This document shows positions 44,180 to 57,670 of a DNA stretch of 64,000 nucleotides, in pieces. A program made the translations under genes and the position numbers. This stretch comes from the human T2T-CHM13v2.0 reference genome, Homo sapiens, in the NCBI RefSeq assembly GCF_009914755.1, contig NC_060930.1; one strand, given 5' to 3'. The notes under the pieces are model-generated. The model worked only from the letters and a program-made list of their open reading frames with translations. It did not search any database and had not been told where the DNA came from. How positions within the stretch are numbered: the first letter of the stretch is position 1; each line of letters starts with the position of its first letter.

Positions 44180-45745
44180 TTGTGAACATTGTCTCATACT
44201 TTCTTTAGCATATACACTCTCTTCATACATGTATATATGTATATGTAGACATAATGTGAATATATACATACATATATTATTTTTAGAACCACTTAAGAAT
44301 AAGATGCAGACATTATTGCCCTTTTACCCCCAAATATTCAGTGTGCATAACCTAAGAACTTCTATGATCACAGTACAGTTCATTTATAAAGTAGAGAAAA
44401 TTAAATAATAATACATTTCAATATGTAATATACAATCAATACTTAAATTGTCCCAATTTCCCCCTTTTCTAGGATCTATGATAGGTTATGAATTTGCATT
44501 TACTTATCATGGCTCTTTTGTTTCCTTTAATCTGGAAAACTTTCTCAGTTTCTTTGCATTTCATGACATTGGTATTTCTGAAGGATACAGGCAGTTGTTT
44601 TGTACGCTATTCTTCAATTTCAGTATATCTGATGTTTCCTTATTATTAGATGCAGGCCATGCATTTTTGGCAGAAATATTACAGAAATGATCTTGTGTTC
44701 TTTTCAGTGCCTTGTATTATAAGCACATGATGTCAGTTTGTCCTAATATTGGTGATGTTGACTTTGATCCCTTAATTAAAGTGGTGTCAGTCAGGTTCTC
44801 CATATAAAGTTATTATTTCCCCCTATGCAATTAATAAGTAATCTGAGGAAAAATATCTTGGGACTATGTGTTCCTCTCCTTTCCCAATGTCATATTTTAT
44901 ACCTCTGTTCTCCTATAGTAAGAACCCTGGTTTCCAATAAAATTAAGATATTTACTCATTTTCTCTATCCTATAAATACCAACAATATAGTTTTAGATTT
45001 ACCATACTATTACCACTAGCAGCAACAATTAGTTATTGAGTAAATTCAAGAATCCTTTACAGTTGTTTTTCCTTAGACTATATCCTCTTGAAAGTATACA
45101 GAGTACTGTGTTCAAATTTACTCGTATTATTTCTGTGTGATTATTTTATTGTTTTAATAATTCACATTTGGTTTACTTATGTTAATGATTCACTTCTTGT
45201 CTTTTTATATTTAATTTTACATTCCGAATATTTGAAATACTAAATGGTTTGCCCTGTTCCCACCAACCTCTAAAGGAAACCAATTTTATAAGTTTATGGT
45301 TTATTCTTTCTGTGTTTCTCTTTGCAAAATTCAGCAGATACATACGTGTAGTCTTGTTTCTTACACAAATGGCAGTATATTATACAAACTCTTTTGCACT
45401 TTACATTTTTCATTTAACTAGGTTTCCTAGAAATCTTTATAGGTTCATATGCACCTTCTTCACTCTTTTTTACAGCTTCACAATGCTCTGTTGTGTAAAC
45501 ATATAATGTTTATTCAACCAATTTCCTAGGCATTTAGTTTGTTTCTATATTTTGCAACTATAGATGCTATAATAAATAATATTTATGTATGAATTTTGAT
45601 TTTTTATGGTGTAACTTCAAGATAAATTCCTAGAAGTTGTATTTCTACATTAAAGGATAAATGCATAGTTTTTTTTAGATGTAACTGAATGTTTTGCTAT
45701 AAAGCTTGTACTATTTTACATTCTGATGAGCAATGCATGAGCATG
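44180..45745 (-). mobile_element. L1MC/L1ME 3' fragments
   Basis: ttttggcagaaatattacagaaatgatc, ggtgatgttgactttgatc; boundaries approximate. Confidence 0.7.
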
Positions 45746-46013
45746 TTCTAGGCCACCATTTGAAAATCAAGGCTATTAGTTACAGAGGCCAACAAAGGAA
45801 ATGAGGATAGTCAGCCTTCTTGTGGTGGTGTCTAACCGTTAATCACAGTGAATAATGAGAAATGAATGGAACAGAAAAATAGGTCAGAAACAGACCAATA
45901 TATTTATTGGGTAAAACATAAATGTGACATATGTTTTTCAACAAATGTTTTTAGGCAAGTGGTTAATCATTGGTAGGGGTAGAGGGTGGGGAATCAAACT
46001 TGTAAATAGCGTT

Positions 46014-46269
46014 GCAGACTGGGCTATTCAGATCAACTCAGATCAAATCCTGATGGAAATAACCAAAGAGCCTAAAGAAAAATGCAAAAAATATCTTCCT
46101 AAATGCAAAGAAGATAATGAGAAAAACAATTATAGGCCCAAGCAGACTGGGCTATTCAGATCAACTCAGATCAACTCCTGATGGAAATAACCAAAGAGCC
46201 TAAAGAAAAATGCAAAAAATATCTTCCTAAATGCAAAGAAGATAATGAGAAAAACAATTATAGGCCCAA
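46014..46269 (+). repeat. 128-bp tandem duplication, 1 mismatch
   Basis: 46014-46141 equals 46142-46269 except 46047 A / 46175 C; GC microhomology at the junction. Confidence 0.97.
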
Positions 46270-47004
46270 GCTGAAAGAAAATAAGAACCCAGATAGTTTC
46301 ATTTACACAAAAGAGCCTTTACCCAGAGAACATTTTCTGGCCTATGAAAGGTAGAACCTTAGTTTGACAACCCACATGATGAGGGGAAAGAAAATCAAAA
46401 CCCTAAACTCATTCAAGATAGGAGCAGTACCTGAAATAAGCTAGGTAACCCCAATGGGCTATACTTCCAAGGTGAGGGTGACAAAGAAGTTAAAACAAAA
46501 TCCTGAAGTAGAATTAAAGCCCAAGTTCAAATTACTTGAATTGTTTTAATATAGTCTTAGTCGGGCAGTGCCCCCAAGTGTCTGACAGAAGAAAATGTAA
46601 ATCATCTCTGGAAGAAGCTACCTTCATTACAGGTCTTAGATTATTTCCACAAACCCATGTCCAACACACAATATATAATAAAGAGGCAAGTGAGGAAATG
46701 AAATTCTGTAACTGTGACCCCAACAGAAACAACAAACAAAAGAAACAGATGCACGAAGATGTCAGATGTTAAAATTATCAGACACGAAATACAAAGCAAC
46801 AATGCTCACTATGTTTAAAGAAATAAAACAAGCTTGAGATATCTGTAGAGAAGAGAAAGGTGTAATAAGTGATACTGAAGATTCAAAAAAGGACCAAATG
46901 GAGTTTCTAGAAATTAAAAACTAAGCAAAATTAAAACGCAATAGATATTTATCTCATACCATAATACAAAAATTAACTCATATTTTTTAGTTTTTCCAGT
47001 GATT

Positions 47005-47714
47005 TTGGTCATATTTTTCCAGCGCTTCTTATGGCAAGCAATTTTGGATTGAATCCTGGACACTGACACTCTTATGATGTGTAGATTTGGGGTTCTGTTA
47101 TAATCATCCAGAGAATATTGATATTTTTGTTTTAGTAGTCAATTAACCTAGGCAAGTTCAGATGATAACCTCTTCTTGCCTTCTTTGAGTGGTGGTCCAA
47201 ATCTCTATTTCTTTGAGCTTTTGCTATTTTGAGTCTGTTCCATGCGTATGTGGTTCTAGCGATTGGCAGAGTTTGTGTTCATCACCTACTTCTGTTGATG
47301 AACAGAATGATAACATAATGATGAAGAGATGATAACCTCTTCTTGCCCTCTTTCCTAAAAAGAGTGAACTTTAAGCTAAAAAGTTAGTGAACGTTAAGCT
47401 AGATCAACAGAAATTTTCCACCTACTTCTGTAGATGAACACAAACTCTGCCAATCCCAGAACCACATATGCATGGAACAGACTCAAAATAGCGAAAGCTC
47501 AAAGAAATAAATTGAGATTTGGACCACCACTCAAAGAAGGCAAGAAGAGGTTTTCATCTGCACCTGCCTAGGCTAATTGCCTACTACAACAAAAATATCA
47601 ATATTTTCTGGATGATTATAACAGAACCCAAAATCTATATATCAAAAGAATGCCAGTGTCCAGGATTCAATCCAAAATTGCTTGTCATAAAAAGCGCTGG
47701 AAAAATATGACCAA
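47005..47714. repeat. ~280-bp inverted duplication with 149-bp spacer
   Basis: 47005-47283 is the reverse complement of 47433-47714 (about 18 substitutions and 2 indels by manual alignment). Confidence 0.96.
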
Positions 47715-47989
47715 TTCTAAGAAGAAAAGACAATCAACAGATGCTAATTCTGAGATTATTAAGATAGTGGAGTTTTTAGACAAGGACTTTACAGTAGCTA
47801 TTATAACTTTCATTGAGGTAAAGATAAACATACCTGAAATGAATAAAGGAAAGGAAATCTCATCAGAAAACATATTATATAAAAATAAATAAAAAGTTTT
47901 AGAATTATAACATACAATAACAGAAATAAGAATTTCACTGGATGGGCTCAATAGCAGAATATAGATGGCAGAGAAAAAAAGTTGGTGAA

Positions 47990-48274
47990 GGCCAGGCGTG
48001 GTGGCTTATGCCTGTAATCCCAGCACTTTGGAAGGCTGAGGCGGGTGGATCACGAGGTCAGGAATTCAAGACCAGCCTGGCCAAGATGGTGAAACCCCAT
48101 CTCTACTAAAAATACAAAAATTAGCTGGGCGTGGTGGTGGGCACCTGTAATCCCAGCTACTCTGGAGGCTGAGACAGAGAATTGCTTGAACCTGGGAGGC
48201 GGAGGTTGCAGTGAGCCAAGACCACACCACTGCACTCCAGCCTGGGCAACAGAGCAAGATTCTGCATTTAAAAA
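47990..48274 (+). mobile_element. AluS (Sg-like)
   Basis: Full dimer; TSD aaaaaaaagttggtgaa / aaaaaaaagttagtgaa. Confidence 0.97.
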
Positions 48275-49520
48275 AAAAAAAAGTTAGTGAACTTTAAACT
48301 AAATCAATAGAAATATTCCTATCTGAAGGATGGAGAGGAAAAAAATAAAAAAGCTGGAACCTCAGGGACGTATGGGAAAATATCAAAAGGTCTATGTCCA
48401 TGTAATTACAAAGTATTTCCAAGAAGTATGAAAAAGATGGAAACAGAAAAAAATTAAAGCAATAATGATTTTTAAAGTCCTGAATTTTCTGAAAGACATA
48501 AATTAGCAGATTTAAGAAGCTCAAAGAACTCCAGATAGGATAAATTCAAAGAAAACTATGCCTAGACCCATTATAATCAAACTGCTAAATGACCAAAGAT
48601 TTTTTAAGATCTTGAAAGTAGTCATTTTTAAAATGGCACATTCACACAGAGTAACAATGATTTTAATGACTGCAAATTTATCATCAGAAACCATGGAGGC
48701 CAGATGACATGGAGCAGTATCTTTAAAGTGCTGAAAGAAAAAAAAACATCAACCCAGAATTCTATAGCCAGACAAAATATACTTTAAGATTTAAAACAAG
48801 ATAAAGACTTTCATATAAAGGAAAACTAAAAGAATTTGTTGCCAACAGCCCTGCATTGTAAAACATGCTAAAGGAAATTGCCTTCTAGTTTGAAGCAAAT
48901 GATACTACAGGGAAATTGGGATTTCAGGATCAAATAGTAAGCATCAGAAATGATAAATATCTGAACGAACATAAATATCTATTTTTTCCTCTTGGGTGTT
49001 TTAAAATATATTTAACTTTTTAAAGTGAAAATTACAATATTGTCACATGTTGTTTTCAATGTATATAGATATAATATATGTGACATCTACAAAATAAAGG
49101 ATGGCAGGAGGAAGGAAAGCAATCTATACTGTTGAAAGATTTTTATAATGTACATGAAGTAGCTAGTACAATATTAATTTAAAGTGTAAAGAATAGTATA
49201 CATTAAGAGTATGCGTGTGTATGTATGTGTGTATGTATGTATATAAATCCCTAGATCAACCACTAAAAAAATACAAACTACATCTTAAAAGTCTATAGTA
49301 GATACATTAAAATCAAATACTAATAAATATTGAAATACTATAATCCAAAATTAGGTAGGAAAGAGATAAGAGAGGAACAAAAAAGAGGATGGAAAAACAG
49401 AAAACAAGTAATAAACTGGTTACTAAATTCAATCATATCAATAATTGTATTAAATGTTAATTGTGGCCTAAAGATCCCAATGAAAAGAAATTGTCAAATT
49501 GGACAAAACAGCCTCAATTA

Positions 49521-50829
49521 CAAGGGTTTTAAAAAATTCATGTGAAATGTGTATTATCAAAAAGCTATGCATAAATTTCAAAATGTTTATATACCAAAGT
49601 AAAATCACTAATTTGTTATAAAATCTGAACAAGATCTAGTTTGAGGTACTAAGAAGGATAAGGCATCCATTTGAAAAGAGCTCCTAACAGAGCAACATGA
49701 ATTCTGTAAAACTGAAGCAAGATTAAACATCAACTTTATGGTGAAGCTTGGGTAGAAGAATGGTGAAACCACTAATGCTTTATGAAGAGTTTATGAGGAC
49801 AATGCCCCAAAGAAATCAACAGTTTACAAATGAATAACTCATTTTAAGAAAGGACATGACGATATCAAAGATGAAGCCCTCAGTGGCAGACCATTCACAT
49901 CAATTTGCAAGGAAAAAATTCATCTTGTTCATGCCCTAATTGAAGCAAACCAACAATTAACAGCACAAGCAATAGCCAACACCGTAGACATTGCAATTGG
50001 TTCAGCTTACACAATTCTGACTGAAAAATTGAATTTGAGAAAACTTTCCACTCTGTGGGTGCCAAAACCAATGTGCCCAGACCAGTTACAGACAAGAGCA
50101 GAGCTTTCAATGAAAATTTTAAACAAGTAGGACCAAGATCTTGAAGCATTTCTTTGAAGAATTGTAATAGGAGATGAAATGTGGCTTGACCAGTATGATC
50201 AAGCCACAATCAGAGCACAATCAGACAAAAGACAAGGTACAATCAGAGCAATGGCTACCAAGAGGTGGACATGGTCCAGTCAAAGCAAAAGTGAGCCAGT
50301 GAAGAGTAAAGGTCATGGCAATAGTTTTGGGGAGATGCTCAAGGCATTTTGCTTGTTGGCTTTCTGGAGGGCCAAAGAATGGTAACAACTGCTTATTAAG
50401 AGAGTGCTTTGAGAAAGTTAGCCAAAACTTTAGCAGAAAAACACTCAGAAAGTCTTGATCAGAGAGTTCTTCACCACAGCAATACTTCTGCTCATTCCTC
50501 TCTCAAGCAAGGCCAATTTTGAAAAGATTTCTATGGGAAATCATTAAGTATCCACCATACAGTCCCAATGGGCTCTTTCTGATTTCTTTTTGTATCCTAA
50601 ACTAAAAAAAGATCTGTAAAAGAAACCCATTTTTTTCCAGTTAATAATGTAAAAAATACTGCACTGATACGGTTACATTCCCAGAACTCTCAGTTCTGTA
50701 AGAATGGACTAAATAGCTGGTATCATTACTTAGAAAAGTCTTGAACCTGATGGAGCTTATATTGAGAAATAAAGTTTATATTTCTATCTTTTACTTCCAT
50801 TTTCCCATGAACTTTTTGAAGTCCCCTCA
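49521..50829 (+). mobile_element. HSMAR2 mariner, full length, inactive
   Basis: TA|caagggttttaaaaaattcatg ... ccatgaactttttgaagtcccctc TIRs; ATG at 49697; IGDEMW (catalytic D region) and HPPYSP motifs; multiple stop codons. Confidence 0.95.
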
Positions 50830-51330
50830 AATATGCTGCCTATAAGGGATACATTTTAAGTATAAAAACATAGTTAGTATAAAAGCAAATAGATGAAAAC
50901 AGTATACTGTTCAAAGAATAAGTAAAAGAAGACCAAGATGCTAATATTGACCGCAAGTAAGTAGTCTTTAAGACAAAGTTTATTACCAGAAATAAAGAAA
51001 GATATTTCCTAATGATAAAAGGGACAACTGGTTGGGAAGAAGTAAATGGTGTGTACCTAATAACAGAACTTCAAAATATATCAACATACAAAACTCATGG
51101 TATCTTCATGCAGTGTAAGACTACTTAGCAATAAAGATATACAGATGGCAAATAAACAAATAAAAATGCTCACCATCATTAGTCACTAGGGAAATGCAAA
51201 TTGAGACTACAATGCAGTACGATTACAAATCCATACACTAGAATGTCTAAAGTGATCAAGAATGTCTCAGTACCAAACACTGAGAAAGATATACAGCAAC
51301 TGGAACACTCTTGTAAAAATGATACAACCA

Positions 51331-51660
<330 letters not shown>

Positions 51661-52271
51661 GATATAACCATTCTGAAAAATGGTTTGACAATTTTTTGTA
51701 AAATTAAATATATAGCTACTATATGATCTATCAGTTCTACCCCTAGATATTTAAATACAAGGAATGAAATCAAATGCCTACACAAAGATTACACATGAAT
51801 GATCACAGCAGCTTTATTCATATTACCCTGAACCTTGAGCTAACCCAAATGTTTGAAAATAGGTGAATGGATAAAAACATATATAGCATGTTCGTTAACT
51901 ATAATACTACCAAGTAATCAAAAGGAGTGAACTCCTGATATTTTCGGTTATATGATTCTCAAAACATTATGCTGAGTAAATAAAAAAGCCAAACACGCAC
52001 CAAAAAATGCCATACGGTCGCATTTATATGGAATTTTAGAATAGGCAAAACTAATTTAAAATGACAGAAAGCATATCAGTGGTTGCCTGGAGCCAGGAAG
52101 AGGTGATGGAACTTTTGTGTGACAGAAATGTTGTATTTCTTAATTGGGGTGATGACTACACAGGTTTGTATATTTGTCAAAACTCATTAAACTATAAACT
52201 TCAGATGGATGCATTTTTTATGTAAATCATCCTCAGCAAAATTGATTTAAACATGAAAAAATAAGTCAGAG

Positions 52272-52482
52272 CTGGGGTGTCTAATCTTTTGGCTTCCCTG
52301 GGCCAATACTGGAAGAAGAATTGTCTTGGGTCACACATAAAATACACTAACACTAACAATAGCTGATGAGCTAAAAAAAAAATCGCATAACGTTTTAAGA
52401 AAGTTTACAAATTTGTGTTGGGTCATATGCAAAGCCTTACTGAGCTCCACACGGCCCATGGGGTGCAGAGTAGACAAGCTTG
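52272..52482 (+). mobile_element. MER30 (hAT-Charlie)
   Basis: ggggtgtctaatcttttggcttccctgggcc...gacaagcttg; 8-bp TSD agtcagag/agttagag. Confidence 0.92.
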
Positions 52483-52699
52483 AGTTAGAGTTTGGTTCTC
52501 ACAAACTCTTAAGTTTTGTTTTTTTTTTTTTTTTTTTTATCTTGTTGGGGTTTCTTTTAGACGAAAAAAAGAAACAGGCATAATTCCTCTCTTCCTCCCC
52601 CATCCCACCTAAAATTAATTTGAACTTAGTAGTCTAATAAGTGAAAAATAACAGTTTTTCTCAGTCTGGGAGAAGACAGCCTATCAGAGGTGAAATCGC

Positions 52700-52880
52700 C
52701 TATGCTGTGGCTTCAGATTTGTATTTAAACTGCATCTATGATATTTACCTGTTAGACAACTCTGGGAAAATTATTTATTCTTTTGAGTTTGTCTCCTTAT
52801 ATGTAAAATGATTATAACACCTATCTATTAATAGCTGCGCTGCCAGGATGAAATGAGACAAGGTTTATAAAATACCTGAC
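52700..52880 (+). mobile_element. MIR
   Basis: gagtttgtctccttatatgtaaaatgattataacacct. Confidence 0.6.
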
Positions 52881-53719
52881 AGAGAAAGAAAATTTGGAAG
52901 AAGTAGTTGGTCCTCTTTTTAGAAGAACTACAGACCCCAGATTCTAAAACACAAGCTCAATTCCAAATGTCTTATCGACCGTGTAATCTCATTCATACTT
53001 CTCATACCATACATCTTGGGTTCCACTGTTATTGCTGTTTAGAAAATAGGTGACTACATTTATAAAGAAACAAGCTTAGGGTTTATTTCAGTTGTTACTA
53101 AGATTTAAAAGTCTGCAGGTCACTCAGTCAACAATATTTATTGACCATCCATTATGTGTCAGGTACTTCTTTGGGCTCTGGGGATACTGTTGGGGAGTAG
53201 GTAGGAAATAACTAAGATGTTTTCAGTTAGTGATACAGATAATCATTGTATGAATTCATTGTATGAATATATATATATACACACACACATATATATACAC
53301 ATACATACACACAAATATACAGACATATACACACAAATTAAGTATAATAAATCTATACACAATATACTATCTTGTAACAAGACTCTAGGTTCTATGCCAG
53401 CTCTAACAAGACTAATGTCATATTGGACAAGCAAGTTAACAAACAATAATTTTTGTATCTATAAAACAAGACATCTGAACTACGATTCCTTTCAATTCTA
53501 AAACCTTATATACTAAAAAATGTCTAAAGTCCCTTCCTAATTTTCAGTCATTCACTATATATATTCTTTCTTTCACTAATTTTGAATGTGCATTGTTAAC
53601 CAATTACAGATCTGTAAGTCTATAATTGGTTAATAATGCAGATCTATAAAGATAATTCTTTATAGATCTATAATGTAGATCTATAAAGAGAGTTCCAAAT
53701 TATCTCAAACAAAAAATTT

Positions 53720-54660
53720 CAATTCATTCATTCACTCATTAAACTCATTGATTGGCATCACCTATGTATTATATAAGTAACTATGCTAGGTTCTAGACAT
53801 CAACACAAACTTCACCCCTGACATCATGGAATTTATTAGGTGTAGGGGGTAGGAAAGAATATTTCTGATTTGGTAGGAAAATAAAGAATTCAGTTTTGGT
53901 AGGTTAAGTTTGAGATGCCTGAGACACATCCCAGTGGAACTGGCATGTAAAATAAATTAGGGAGGCATCACCTGTTAGACAATAGTTTTTAAAACCATGA
54001 GACTGAATATGGTCAACTTGAGAGAGTGAGTACAGTGAGAAGGAAAGAGACAAAAGGTCTAAGTTTTCATGAAAATTAAGATTTAGAGGTTAGGCATAGG
54101 AAGAGGAGCTAACAACACTGAGATTGCTACACAGAGCATAAAATAAAAATCCTAAGTGTGTAGTCTATCAAGTATATCAAAAAAAGGGAATGGTCCAGTG
54201 TATCTAATTAAATTTTTAAAATCCCTTGGATTTGAAAAAAACTAACGTCATTGATGCACTTGGCAAATGCAGTTTAGTGTGCTGGTTGAAGCAGAGACAA
54301 GGTTGGAGTGGATTGAGTAGGAATGGAGGGTGAAAGCCTAGAGACTGTGCAGATAATCATACAGAGGAAATCTGTGGTAGAGGGAAGGAAATATAGGTTT
54401 GACAGGTTTGTTCTTGTTGTTGTTTCCTTTTTACTGTGATTGTTTCATTTTTATTTTTTGTTTAAGGTGAGTGATATTAGGACTGAAGGGATGTTGAAGA
54501 TGAGCAAGAGAGAGGAAGAGAATGGATGGAGAGGACTCTTAGAAGGCAGGAGCACTGGCTCTCAAAGCAGAACGGAAGGATTGGCCTTTGACATTTGAAA
54601 GGGCCTAAAAGCAGTGGAGGGGACATGATGAAGCTAAGTTGCTAAGGATGGAGAAAGAAA
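53720..54660 (-). mobile_element. L2 fragments
   Basis: (TTCA)n tail; gaattcagttttgg...gtttgagatgcctgagacacatcc. Confidence 0.7.
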
Positions 54661-54669
54661 GAAGAGGTA

Positions 54670-54900
54670 GCATGTCAGAGAGTTTAGGAGCTGGAACCAG
54701 GCTGGAATCCAACTTCTTCCATTTATTGTAAGTGTGGTCAAGTTATGCTCTTTCTAGACTTCAAGTTCTTCACCTATAAAATGCAGGGAAAGTATCACCT
54801 ATGTTATAGATTTGTCATGTGAATTTTTAAATGAGTTAATATTTATAAGAGCACTTAAACCATGTCCAACACATACCAAGTGTCATAGAGGTGGTATCTA
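54670..54900 (+). mobile_element. MIR
   Basis: cttcaagttcttcacctataaaatg...tttaaatgagttaatatttataagagcactt. Confidence 0.75.
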
Positions 54901-55029
54901 TTATATCAGTGTGTTTTGATAAATAGGGTCCTGTTTGATGGCTTCTATTTTCTCCAAGAAATGAGATGAAGATGAAAAAATTGTCAACCTTTCTAAAATG
55001 TAAAATCATGTATAAGTAAACAATGAGAA

Positions 55030-55890
55030 AAAAAAAATTTCCATTAAATTGCTGAAGGTTTAAAAACTGTAATACCCACTATTGGTGATGGTGGGGTGTA
55101 TCAGGCCTCTTTCTCCATGGCTGGTGAAAGCATAAATGTGTACATCCCCTGCCCTACAAAAGGCAATTTGGTAATATAGATCACAAGATTTTACCAACCT
55201 GTAAAACAGAGGTCCTCAGAGGAGGGGTGTGTATGGTAAAGAGAAGTGGAAAGTCTGGCCTGAGAAAGCAAGTCAGTTATATTCAACTCCATGCCCAGCT
55301 CCCTGATTGGTGACACTCTCAAGTCCTCCCCATGGTTCCTGTTAACTCCCAGGTTTATGCTCGATGGTGTAATTGGCCTCAGGCTGTATGCTGTTTTTGT
55401 TTCTCTGTGTAACAGTTCATCTTCTTCACAAGTCTCCAATAGAAATCCACTCACGGGGAGGGGGCCGCATCCTGCATCCTTGAAGCACACATTTTTATGT
55501 CTTATTTCCCTGCCTTATTTTCCCCCAATTGCCTCTGGGGGTTCAAATTCTGTGTTGCGCAGAGCATTTTAGCTCTTTCAAATTTCGTATTCCAGAGTTG
55601 ATACCAAACCCTTCAAGGTACCCAGGAGAGTACTCTAATACCTGCTGTTCTTAGAAGGGTTATCAATGGCAAAATTTTACTACTGCCTCAGCAATTCCAC
55701 TTCCAGAACTTATCTCAAGATATCAAATACTCATTTTAGTATTATAACTGCCAAAACATTGTACATTTAAATACTTAACAAAAGGGATTAATAAATCATG
55801 ATATGTGTTACATGGTAGAATGTTACCGGACTACTAAAATATGATTTTGGAAAGCATTTAATATGGGGAAATTTTTGCAATGCTTAAAAA
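55030..55890 (+). mobile_element. L1ME ORF2/3' remnant interrupted by an orphan insert
   Basis: ggcaatttggtaatat...| insert |...cagcaattccacttccagaacttatc are adjacent L1 phrases. Confidence 0.6.
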
Positions 55891-56029
55891 AAATACACTG
55901 AGGTACAAAGAATAAAACAACCAAAAAAGTGTATGCCCTAATCTCCTTTCTCTTCAACATTTAAAAAAAGAGTAATAACACATGTATACGGTGAAAACAT
56001 TTAGACAGTGTAGAAAGTTACAAAATGGA

Positions 56030-56398
<369 letters not shown>

Positions 56399-56920
56399 TT
56401 ATCATACTTTCCAATTTAAAAAAGCATAAATATGCATAAAGTTATGCCTATCATATCTCTTTAATTTTACACAAAAGGAAACAATTTCCATTGTTATATA
56501 TCTTTTATTACTCTTATGATACATTTTAGAAATAGTAATATTCTATATTATTCCATCATATCAATACACCGTAACTTATTTAATCAGTCTCCTATTTTTG
56601 GAAAGTCTGGTTGCCATGTTTTCTTCCAAAAGATTGTTCCAGTTTGCACTGCAACCTACAAGGTTTTCCCGTGTTCTCGTTGCATCCATACTGAGTATCA
56701 TGAAAATTTACAATATAAACTTACAAGAAAAAAATTATAAAAATGTAAGTAAAGTAATTCCCCTACCAGTTAATGAGCACCTACTATGTGAATTTTTAAA
56801 AATCATGGCATGGTTCTATAATGTATAACCATACATTAACAAAATATGGTTCTCTGTTCTCAGATTAATCAGCTGGAGGAGAGGATGCAGATGTAAATAA
56901 TTAACAATTAAAAGAAAAAA

Positions 56921-57175
56921 ACTTTGGGAGGTGGAGGCAGGAGGATTGCTTGAGGCAAGGAGTTGGAGACTAGCCTGGGTAACATTGAGAGACCTTGTCT
57001 CTAAAAAAGTTTTTTAGCAATTAGCTGGGCATGATGTGCACACACCTGTAGTCCTAGCTACTCAGGAGGCTTTGGATTGCTTACGCCCAGGATTTCAAGG
57101 CTGCAGTAAGCTATGATTGCATCACTGCCCTCCAGCCTAGGTGACAGAGTGAGAGCCTGTCTCTAAAAAAATTAA
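56921..57175 (+). mobile_element. AluJ, 5'-truncated
   Basis: ggaggattgcttgagg, ggctgcagtaagctatgattgc. Confidence 0.92.
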
Positions 57176-57319
57176 AATTTTTTTTAAAAGACAGAAATAA
57201 TGGCCATACTAAAACTAAAATGAAGAGCAGAATATGGAGTAAGAAATGATTTATTTAAATTGGGAATAGGAAAGCATTCATAGCTGTTTTACTTGGGATC
57301 TAATAGTTTTATCCACTGC

Positions 57320-57670
57320 TATCTGTTGATGCTTAGTATGTACTAGGCGCTAGGCTAATTTGATTCAGGTGCATTTTCTAATTTAACCTCCATAACAATA
57401 TAAGGTGGATATGATTTTTGTAGGCATTTTATAGATGAGAAAACAATCTGAGTGGGATGAATTGTTTAATGTTACACTGCTCGTCGTACACCTTCCACGT
57501 ATAGCTCATTTCATTCTCATAACATTCCTATCAGGTAAGCACTGTCATTGCCCCTTTTACAGGGGTAAAAATAATACACAGAGTGCTTACATTGTTTGCT
57601 TGAGGTCACACGACAGGTAGATGGCAGGGCAGGGAACACAAACCCAGACAATCTGACTCAGAGCGCATCT
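57320..57670 (-). mobile_element. Two MIR fragments
   Basis: cattttatagatgagaaaac and ccccttttacaggggtaaaaa...aacccagacaatctgactc. Confidence 0.7.

Noticed and set aside
45972-45992. G-rich run as a G-quadruplex
   Set aside because: Only three tracts of three or more G
49697-50772. Possible intact mariner transposase
   Set aside because: In-frame stops early in the ORF and frameshifts
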